This document shows positions 13,101-25,100 of a stretch of DNA of 64,000 bases, one piece after another. The position numbers were made by a program, and so were the translations under genes. The stretch is taken from contig NC_134028.1 in assembly GCF_964204645.1 (NCBI RefSeq), positions 3,348,001 through 3,412,000 of the forward strand, written 5' to 3'. The DNA is from Tubulanus polymorphus. Lineage: Eukaryota > Animalia > Nemertea. Below the pieces are notes generated by a model, which was not told where the DNA came from, did not search any database, and was given only the letters and a program-made list of their open reading frames with translations. Every line of letters starts with the position of its first letter. Position 1 is the stretch's first letter.

Positions 13101-16100
13101 CGCTCATCAAAAATATCATTACAAATCGAACAAGTGAAATATTCAACACCAGAAATTGTATTAAATTTGAAGTAAAAACGATTGATTCTATATAGTTAAA
13201 GAAGAAAATAATTTGAACTTTTAAACCGTTACTCTACTTTTTATTAACCTCGCTGAACTTGTACGGATATCATGACGAGAGGAAGGACGTTGATCGTAAT
13301 CATTAATAAAGATGAAGGTGTTGCCTTTTTGAATGAATCAGTTCAGATTTCATGGTAACGAAACAACCGATCGTTTTCCGCTGCGCGCGCACCTTACCGG
13401 TGATATAATATATATGTGCGTTTCCTCTTGGCCTTACTCGTCAACCAGATACAGACGCGTTTGTCATTATAACACTTTAACACTTGTCACCGCGATTTAG
13501 TTGAAATCCACAGAGGATTTGTCGCATTGATTTTGACACGTTGCACACGTTATACCTGCTTTGAATTTCGGAATTTATATCTAATGAAAACTTTGCTGCT
13601 GCGCACTTCTGACGTCTAGCCATTTGAAGTGACTTTCTCGCTGCCGTCATTTCTGTTTACTGTCGAAATTCACGTCGCATTTAGCCACCGCACGTCAATC
13701 GCAATGGCCAAAGCCACGTATTATAACTGGAACGTTCTCGACGCAATCAAAGGAATTCCGAAGGATGTTAAAAACAAAATAAAAGGTGAGAAACATCAAT
13801 TACGGATGGAAATTGAGTAAATGTCGAGTAAATGCGCGAAGAACTTGAAATAGAATATATTGACAGTCTTAATTCTCTTTGATGAACTCACGATTTTTTT
13901 CTTTTTGCTAATAACATTTAAAAACATAAGATAATTAAAATTAACGTAGCAATGATTTAATCTGAAGGGGGCTTATTCAAATTATACCCAGTGACGTAAA
14001 CCCGAAATAGAATTCGTTGCTTCGACATAAATTCTGTTATACTGTTTGATGGTACAGTGCGTACATCGTCACGTATTAAGACATCAACCTAATCCACGGC
14101 GGATTCTAATTGTACTTGTAAATCGATGCAGCCTTCGACATCTAACACTCCGTAATCAGGCACCAAATGTCTCGATATATTCGATGCACGAATGTACGAT
14201 TCTGTTGACATTGAATTAAACTGCTCGTGAACTGAGGCTAAACTTTGCATTTGCGATGATAGATTTAGAATAATGACCCCATGGATAGTTAAGGTAATTT
14301 GGCTAATTTGCAAAGAACCTTCCTCGTTCTCTCAGTTGTAGTACTTCTAACGGAATAACTGCAGGCCATCTGCGATATATATTACTAGTTTCGGTCTCTA
14401 TGAGCGAAACTGTATTATGCCTTTGTGTTGGACGATATAAATGGGTGGGAGTGCCAAGATGGCGATGTTTCGTGTGATCGTTCTGAGACTGGTATAAAAA
14501 GAAAGAAAGATCGATCTGGACTCTTCTCCTCGTGTGGTTTATCGCCGTACAGGGATTGGCGCGTGGTGTGTCGGATTCACAGAGATATTGACGTTCCGAC
14601 TAGACCATAAGTGCAATTCTGTTTTCAATCAATTTCATTTTAACGCATTACTCTATAGTGCACGACGGTCACAAAATTACTCCAACTATATGTCATCATT
14701 TTTCAGGATATTGAAAATTAATTGAATTCCAAATTTCTGATGAAAACTTCCTCCGTGAATCTTTGAGTTATTAGTCTTATTTAATTGGAAATATTAATCT
14801 TTCATTGCTGAAACCTGACGAAGTCCTGATGCAAAGAGTTTTTCGAGCCCTCTAACAGTCAGTTCTTTCTAGACAAACGTTCAAAATAAATGAACCTTCT
14901 TTGCCCTCTCTGTTGTTTTTCAAATGCGAACAATGATCGTCAACCTTGATCATCTTCTGCGAGATTCAACAAAGATTAAAGGATGCTCAGAAAAAGATGT
15001 TTACAGTATAAATCGTTTCACCAACCGCAGCTTATGGAGCGAATAATTGATCTTGCTCCACCGAAGGAGTTTTTTACTCGAATGATTCAAGTATCTGAAA
15101 ATTGAAACGCGGGTAAACGAATTTTTCAACCTGGAAATCTTGCAAGGCCTCTAACGCGGTTGGATTCGGGAATACATCACCTGAACGCTTCAGGCCTGGA
15201 AAGTGATTCTCCCACGATATGGGTTAAAGACCGTATGGTAATTCACATTAACCAGATCAATTTGTGTCTTGTATCTAGTCCAATATACTCATCACAGGTA
15301 CTGGCTGCTGATGTGTGATCGCGTGTCCAGAAACATTATCAGTGAACGAATTAATCGAATCGGGAGAAGACGACGATTATTTGTTTCATTTGTGTCATGA
15401 ATTCTGAATTAGAGCGGTCATCCCCGGAATGATAATATCCCCCCGTCGTGTTCGTGATTTCGTCAACGACGAACGTTGAATTAATTGGCGAATTTAACCC
15501 AGACTATGCTCTCATCTACGAATGTATATTATTAACCGATGGGTTCTTTCGGTGTAATGGCATAAACTATCACGCGCGACCGATCCAATATGGCGTTCAG
15601 CTGGTTCGATCATTATCATCGTCAGACGGCGTGGAATACGATCACTTATGACCCGAGCTCTCCTTGAACACACGTATCCGCTTAAGTATCCACCGCCTAA
15701 AAGCTCGTCATTTCAAAACACGAGTGATTGCATATATTCGATAATTCATTCGTACAATTAAAAACGCTTACATTTCACCGCCACCGAACCGTGGTCGCGC
15801 GCAGTAATGTGCATGCGTTCTGGGCATATCGAGTATCCTCATTCTATACTTTCCAAGCCTGCCGTATCATTAGTGCTGAAAATACGAGACCCATTGATCA
15901 TTGTGGTACTTCATTTCCGTTCAAAGGAAACCAAGTCAGGATGTTGTGCTAAAAATCGGATCAGTCCCCATGGCGATACTGTCATTAGTTATGCTGGTTT
16001 TCGAAATACGGCGAATACATAATTAACATAATTAGTTTTTTATCTGACACTAGAGGGCACTGAGTGCACTTTTTCTGCACGGGTAATGTTACTTCGACAA

Positions 16101-19100
16101 AGGAAAGTACTGATTCTCCTCTGTAACTGGTGTTGGGCGGCTAATGGTCGGTTGACATTGTTTACGACGAGCGCCCCCTCGCGACCGGAATTAGCAATAT
16201 GAGACTTCCTTATATCGACTCAGCTCGCGTGGTCCGTGTTATCTGAGTACAGTGAATTGACGAACAACAGCATACTAGATCAGCCTAATATAACAAAACC
16301 ATCGCCGTTCTTGTGCGAATACGTAATTCATTAAGCAGAAACGTCTCTGTCTTGGTCGGTTTACTATACGGGTGTCTAGACATAAGATGATATCCACGAA
16401 AATAATTAAAAACAATTCAAAATGATTCATAGCGCACGAATGAGAAAAGAACGATGCGACGATATCAAACGTGAGGCTATTCATTCCATAAAACGATACA
16501 GATCAGATACTCACTGATAATGTTTACAATAGGAATTGCATCTAATTCCTAAGGTTTCTTTAATTGAGGGGGGTGAATCCACGTAACACGAGATGATTTT
16601 CAATGGTCGAAAAAACAAAGGTTAACAATGTCCAGAGATAATCTGTTTCAAACGTTGATTTTCTTTTTTTTCAAAATTTCAGCTGCTGTTCAAAATTCTA
16701 CCGTAAAACCTACGGGGCATTATTATCCTTGTGAAAAACAGACGTATTGTCTCAACGGAGGCACGTGTATCTATATTCCAGCCATTAAAGCCAGTTTTTG
16801 CAAGTAAGTGTAAAATGAATTGATTTAGATCATAACATTATTTTATATACTATGTAATTTTCATCTACGATAAGCGTCCATTGTGTCTATATGTAGCTGT
16901 ACATGTATATTATACATATATATTAAGTCAAAACATTAAGAGCTCCATTATTTTGCCGTATGGAACTATTCGACAGGAAACTCTAAGTTCTAAGGAAGTT
17001 CTAAGATAAGATTCTAAGATCCTCGTAAAAACGATAGAATTCATTCGATTACACCAGACCGTTAGAGGTTCATTGTAATCATTTCATTCATATACGCGAT
17101 ACATGTTTATAATGATAGCACAGTTTTGACGTGAAAACAAAAAAAAACTACTTTCCTGGTTTTAAGCCCGAATCGATTTCGAAGACGATTAGGAAACGTT
17201 AAGGTTCTCGATAGTGGACTATTCATATTTACGACATCTGCGGCCCGTTCCAAATCGGGGCTTACGTCCAAAAGTGGTCTTAAAATCATAAGATTTATCT
17301 TAAGTTGTTAGATTGGCTATATAACTATAAGATGGTCTTAGGTCTGAGCTATGGATATGGAACCGGCCTATAATTCGTATAAACTGTATCTACCTAGTTT
17401 AAGGCACCTCTACTATTCAGAACACGGCTGTAGCCTAAACACGAAAAGAACAAATTGAAATTTCATCGATCCTCGAAAATCTAACTATTGAAACGCGTGA
17501 ACAGGGGAGATATTTTCTTGATTCATATATATACTGGGGCACATCACATAATCGTTGCCAACAACGTAAATCTATATAAATCATCGCCGAGCGACAATGT
17601 TGTTAACACTTGGGAATTGTAAGACTAATGTGAGAAGTAAGATGAATGGCATCTCTGACGGTTCTGAACCGTGTTCTCATCAATATATCACTATATTCCG
17701 TACATTCATCACGGGAATTTGATTTGAATACGCGTCGAATAGAACCTCGCAGCGCTGTATGATTAAATGTGCGGTTTAATGTAAGAATGCTGACATTTCA
17801 GCGCACCTTAAAATTGGGAATGGTCTTTTCCGTGGTGCGCGTTGTAATCGAGATTTTCATCCGTAACACTAATATCAATTTACGAATTGACATTACAGCT
17901 TAATGAAATGTAGCGAAACCGGTTTTCGATAGTTTGCGGTCGATGTACACCGCCAATCCATTCACTCAACATCACGTATGAAATACAATTGAAGTTGGTT
18001 CATAAAAAAATATTTCTAGAAATTCGATCTCACATTACCGAACAGCGAGTCAAACAAAAATGTCAAATTTGATGCCAAACTTCGAAAACAATCGCGAGTA
18101 GTTCTGTGTCTTTTGATGCTTTTACCAGGAAAGAAGTTTTCTCTCGTTTTCAATGCAGTCCAGTCTGGAAATATTCCTTTAGAAAAAATAATACGATATC
18201 CAGGTTGTGAAAGGTTTAAGGCTTATTAAAGCCCGACGCACACGACAGACAGAACACGGAAAAACGGATTCAAACGTGTTAGATTTCGGAAACATTGTTT
18301 TCTCGAAAGAAATGTTTCTCATTTCATAACAAGGAGAAACATTCCGTCTCCTGTGTCCGCGTTTCGGTGTGTCGTGTGCGAGGTGTGCGTTGGGCTTTAT
18401 CTGAAAGGATAATAACGATAATGTCTTTCGTTGTGCAACATCAAAAATTTCAAAACGACAATGAATTTTTGGTTACATAATATATGAATTACTATAAGGT
18501 CAACATAGAGATCGGCTCACACCGTGTCCCAAAACAGCAAAATTCCGAATACAACAAAGTTTCCATTTAGCTGATTTTACGACGTCAGATGAGCCAGTCT
18601 CTGAGGACCATGATAAATCTGCTATCATAAGCTAATAAATTTAACACACGACCACGCGCACTTATTTTTGTGTATGTAAAAAATCTATCCGTTCGACGTA
18701 TCCGTATCGTGTTGGTAAGTTACGGGGGACGTCATTTACTCGTGTAGACGTAGCAAACACTGTAGATTATTATTATTATACCAAAACGTATACGTTTTTA
18801 ATGTATCTCATATTATGTCGTAATCACTTTTTGTACTTTCGTTTACCGAGCGTAGCCAGCATGTTACAAATAATGATCGCACAGCAAACGTTTGATAATG
18901 AATTAGTTTCAATAATACATAATTCTATTCGGGTATAACGATTGTGAATTTACCTCTGGAAAAATACTATCGATGTTTGCTGTAGATCATTTTGTTCGTG
19001 TTGGATCGAGATCTCGGGCGAGGCAAGATATAACGAAAATACTGGCTATGCTTTCGATTGTTTCATTTCATAATGAATATGTGTTGCAGGTGTCCTTCAA

Positions 19101-22100
19101 AATACGCCGGTATGCGTTGTCAGGAAATAAATGAGCCCTTCCCAACTTTCTTTCCTAAACTTGATGGCGACGACAGTATGTATCAGAACTTACCACAGTG
19201 TGTCATGCTACCTACAACCCTCGTTTATATAACCAGCGGTGGCTCGCGAAACGACAGAACGCATTTTGTGTCGCACTACGTTGAATTAAAATACACGGAT
19301 CGGATTATTCAAAAGATGAATAGAATTGATCATCAACGAGAGATTCGTTGTGGTTTCTGGCGCATCTCATCTGTAAAAGATAAAAACGCGTAGTACGCTA
19401 TCGTGTTTGCCGTTTCGTGCTTGATCGCCCTTATATAACTAACATATATAACACTAACGTCGAGTCTGAGACAATACGTGGCACGTGGCTAGGGTAGATT
19501 ATTTTCTTACATCAATGGCATCGATTCTGCTGCTCATGGCCACCGAAGTTTCTATACTCTACGTTTTATATTAGAATCATGTTCCTACACATCAGAATCT
19601 TTATGCATGTTCTCGGCATGTTATTATTACATTACCCATCTAAACTCAATCACGAAGAGCTGATCATCCGAAATCTAAAATCCCGTTCCAATACTTATCT
19701 TACGTATAGAAAACAAACAGTTTGATTAAGTTTTGTTTTGTTGACTGACATCTTATTTTTTGAATAGCGGATTTTATTTAACTTTAGACCGTATTCAGTA
19801 CTGACAGAAGATATGCAGTTAATGATAGTTTTGCTATTAGTCAGATGTATTTGCCTCAAAATAGGATTAAGTGCTAAAAAGTCACATACCAAATGGGAAA
19901 GAAAATACACGTACGGCACTTTGCTTTGAATATATATGAATTTCAGATTTCAAATACATGAACTTGATCATGCATGAAATCTCTTGATTAGGAGCATGAT
20001 CCTACTTTCACGTATGATATATTACCCATGGCCAGCCTTGGACATCGTGATAAATTTCAGAAGAAAATGGCTTTGTATTACACGGTGTCCGTGGCTAGCC
20101 GCTTTTATCTTAATCTGAATATGATTATAACTGGCGCTTGAATAATGTATAACCATGCTTATCTACCAATAGGTGCCCGAAGGAGTTTACAGGAAATCGA
20201 TGCCAAACTAAAGACATTTTTACTCTCTTAAGAAAAATGAAGAGTATGTATATACAAATCTCGCTTCTCTGCATGCCCGCATGGTCCCACGAATTATGAT
20301 CATATATATGTGTGTTCTATAAAGTTACGTAGTGTCAAATGCTCGAACAGTACGCGGTCAAAACAACCAGCCAGACTATTAGAAGTTGGGTTTAGATTGG
20401 AAGTTCAGCCTGTTCTTATCGATATATATTAAGGCTTTGTTGATAGGCGGGATGCAATAAGCTCGGATCTATTGTCCGTTACAAAAATCTTTTTCTTGCG
20501 ATTCCATGATAGACGACAGCGGTGGAAGCTTAAACCGCTCCTCATTTTATCAATAAAAACAAGAAACTCCTACGTTTTCGATGTAGATAATGATTACACG
20601 GATCTTATTCTAATTCGTTCTAATACAGCGCCAGACATGGACACGTTGACGTATGTCTGTACAATTTTACCAGCTATCTGCAAGAATGAGGTAAATGTCA
20701 ACATTATCAGGCGAAAGAACCTTCACGTATTTATGTTACACATATATTGGAAAAGATATAAACCCACGCGATACTGGGAATTCTATATGATTCTCTAAAA
20801 GAAAATATAAAAACGATTTAGATTGATAAATAATTCATCACTTCTGCCGAACTTTTTTCTATTCCCGATGGCGTGGACCTATCCTAGCCTCTTTAAACCC
20901 CTTGTAAGAACATCTTATGCTGTCTGGTACATATCTATTTTATTGAATATCGTAAACGCAACTTGCATACAGATGCATCATCATGTCTCCTCCTGACATT
21001 AACATTTTTTGTCATCTTCTTGTTTCTTCTTCTTGCCTGATCCACAACTCGGATTTCGCCAGTTTTATTGCGTAGAAAAAAATCGTGCGCTCATAAACAA
21101 ATTTTTGTAGAACGAATGGGTTTCTACAAGCCGTTGTCTAACCCAAGCATCATTTGCGTTTATATAGCTGGTATACGTCTCGCAACTTTTTGAGCATTTC
21201 ACTCGTACATTTCTTTATGTTATTTCGCATATCATATATTATACCATATTATATCTATCTATCTTTCTACAGTAAGTATATTGTGTCAGAAAAAGTTACC
21301 TTTGGAATAAAGGGGGATAAAGCCATAATGACGTCACTTATAGCTTTGCCAGGAAACTGAATCGTTTTAAAACAATTCCGCTTTCTGGCAATTCAAAACA
21401 CAGAGCATTTCCCACGACTAAATCATTTTCTGTATATCTACGTGGCAACTAAAATTGACGAGAGAAAATGCTGCGAGTCATTTTGTTATCGTTTTACTCG
21501 TGAATATTCTTCACGAATTTCAGATGTTCCTGTCAAATTTCCACAAATAGATAACTTCTATCACGAGTGTGTACTTATGTTTTAGTCCTACCTCAGTTGT
21601 GCTTGAATGTCTTACCGCACAAAATGGATCTAATGAAAAATAAAATGTCGTTTTAAAACAGTAACTAACTAACGAACCAGACGTGTGCGAAGCTTCTCGA
21701 TTGTAATCTAATTCAATGCTCGATTAATCGTTTTTTTTAATTTTTTTTTTTAATTTGGTTCCAATTGGGCCATTACTTTTCAACTAACAACAATAATTTG
21801 ATTTACAAAATATCTGAACGATTCGTCAATCTGTTATTATCAATAGTATAAGTGGCCGATGTTTATAACACAAGTTAGGCGCGTAAGTCACTTACTGTTA
21901 TGTGATTATTTTTGACTTATTAGTAGTGAATACGGTGACGTGGGGTGGCCCCGAGAAGGACACACGATTTTGTCGTTGACACTTTGAGGTTACGTTTTTA
22001 GCGCTTGTGTACCCATTACGTAAATGATATCTACGTCATGCGATCGACCTAGTTTACTTCATTTAGATGATAGGATCAAGTATCAAAACTCCGTTTTCGG

Positions 22101-25100
22101 TTTTGTCCCCGTAATCCCACATCGTCAGTCATATGATATGCATAACCTTTGCGGTGTAAGAAAATGTTGGATGGTATTGAACTGGGTCTCGAGTTTCGTT
22201 CGGAAATGTCAGCGATACAGAGTAACCCGAACCAGGAAACACCACTTCGGTTTCCTGGTTATAAATAAAAATGATTAAATAATTCACATTCAAGTTCTGG
22301 AATTTATCCTAACTTCAGCAAAATGTTAGTTTCGCAAAAATAGATTCGAATCGCTATCGACAAAAATCGCATAATTCTGTATTTGGTTTCGAGTGACCAT
22401 TCGCGTCTATTTTGTTCTCAATAGAAATGATATGAACTCCAGTGCACAATTTCGTACCCGTATCACTTGGTATTCTTACTATAGTGTTTCTCACTGTCGA
22501 TGTTCTTGTGTTTAAATGTCTGCACGCCCGCCGCCAATGTATAGTCCACACCATGTACTGTCTATCATCATCAGTATTTCAATTTTTCATTGAGATATTA
22601 TATTATATATGAGCAAAAATATATTCTATATGTCTGCGCACCGCATGCCCATAACGGGAGCGTATTCTGAGTTGTTTATAACATTGTTCTCTTATTTAAT
22701 TGAAATCGTTTGTTATATACTATAGGTTATATATACATTTGCTCTTTTAAATTCATTGATTTATTCATATTGATAAATACTGATAATCAATGTAAATTGT
22801 AGTTAAGATGACTAATTTCCCTCCTCGTAGCTCTACGATATTCACCGAGATAAATCGGTGCCTGTTGGCGCCGTAGATACAGAGCTTGCTTACAATGATA
22901 CTTAAAAAAAGGGGAAACGGTGTTTAAAAGGTTATCGTCTATATGCGACAGGAGTCTGAAACCCAGTTTAACCTCATACAAGATGGCGGAGTTTGCAGTT
23001 AAATTTTCAGTGAACGGAACTGAAAGTTTAATTATGAACTATATGGTTATAGTGGTGCCTTAAAATCATTACATGACTATGGCCCTTTGTATAGTAAGAA
23101 TTGTTTAATAACACAGGTAGCCATACGGCGATACAACAGACTGAGTGGTATGGACTTTGGTTAGCGCGGGCCTGGTCTTCGAATGTCGCGTCTGCATCAA
23201 AAAGTCCAAAAGGTATGCGTCTTAAGGGAGTCCTTAACGAGTGACATGTATGTTGTGATGGTGTTTGTATTACTAAGAGCTGCCTACCTATTTTCAGGTT
23301 GACACACTAAGTGTGTGATATAATTATTAAATGCCAGCTGGCCGGTTGCCTCACGTGCTACTCTTCCTGGGCTGCTAATTCAAAAGCAGGGGGATGAATT
23401 TCATGAAGGTACTCTATAATAATCTGTGTTGTTCGTGGGCTTTTCTCGATCTGCACCGATATACCCTTTTACCTACGTACCCCCCACGTCACCTCGTCAC
23501 TCAAATCACTCATCATAACTACATTTACATTCACTCTCTCGCGTTGTTACATTGTGTTCGTCCTTAGTTACGGCAGTCAATGTGTCGGTGTTGTCCAGCA
23601 GCCAGACATTGTTGCTTAGCAACCAGGAAAAGAAAGCCCACTAAAATTTTAGAATTATGTGGTAGGCGGCCTTTAATGTTTTTGTTGGCATATCAGTTTT
23701 TTTTGTATTTTTTCTAAGTGTATCGGATCTGGTCTGTTCTTTTTTTTTGTGGCAGGGAATCAGCAAAAATCACATTATATCATAAGTGCAATGTATATTG
23801 AATTCTGTTTTAAAGTTTCAATATTCATTTCACACTTGTTGAATATTGTGCGCCGTACGTTAAAGTGGATTCCAAGTGGAACTCACTAATTGCGTAGGAC
23901 CTACATTTTTTCGTGATATTATAACCAATTATTTTTGTTATTTTATGTATGTATGTTTATATAAATTTTTCATATTGTCCAGCATGTATCTTTACTAAGA
24001 TTGTTAGATATTATTACGAGATGGACAATCTTCGTAGTCCAGTTATAATCCCTGCATGCCGAGCATGTTGTCCATCATTTGCATGGTACATAACGCGAGT
24101 CATTTGAATCTTCTTCGAAAATCTGATATTTCGGTAAGATGATAAAAGCGGTTTTAATGAATACAAATTCATTTACGGAAGATTAAGTTGTATATCGGTT
24201 TTCAAACTTAGAAATAATGTGTAACGGCTCAATTCATAACAGCAACTTCATGAATATTATGAAATTTGGCTGGTTGTGTTTCTAATGTTTCGATATCGAT
24301 GTATGATGTATGTCTTTATCGTGTTACAGGAGCCGAGAGACGTCATCAGGATCGGGTCATCACTGTCCTTGGTATTGTTATAGGTGTGCTAGTACTTTTA
24401 GGAATGTGTCTAGTGGCCTATTGTTTGGCTAAGTAAGTTGAAGATGTTACTCCGATCAACTTTCAGGTTTCCTTGTTTCGTAAACATGATATGATGGTGT
24501 TTGTTTACTATTACCTTATTAGGAAACGTCGTGAAGATTTCCACCGGCGACGACAATGGCGGCAAAAGGTCAAGGCTGATATTCGAAATGAAATGGCCAC
24601 AGATCAGCCTTCCGGACCGGAGAAAGTAGTTCCTGTGAAACCTAAAGTCACACGTCTAAGCAGTGTATGTTGATATGGCGTTGAGTTATGTCGTGAAAGG
24701 TTTAAGAATTTCTGTGTAATCTATATACGCAAGTTCTCTATTTGAATTTCTTTTTACATTTGTAGCAAACACAAACTGAACCAGTTCGAGTTGAACCGAT
24801 CAACCCTATAGACTGTGACTTTGAAGCTCTTTTCCCTAGAATGAAAGTCGGGATGACTACTTTGCCGACAGATGAAGCCAAACCTTCTTCAGACAGCCGA
24901 CCACGGCTGAGCGGAATCTCAACAATGCCAAAACCGGAACAATGCCTGCAAAATACGCCAGCCATTGGTGAGTCCGATCAGGGTTCAAAGGATAGCACTC
25001 CTTCCCAAAGTTCCAAGACAGAGTCGGCCCTTAGATGGCGATATAGCAGCGAAGACGCCAACTCGCGCCCAGGTAGCTGTATCGAGCAGGAACCGACAAG

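Noticed and set aside
14815-14840. CTGACGA hammerhead-like start
   Set aside because: No stem II or GAAA follows.
23983-23985. Possible 3-nt microexon (cag|CAT|gtatct)
   Set aside because: Weak donor and no way to distinguish it from chance without RNA data.
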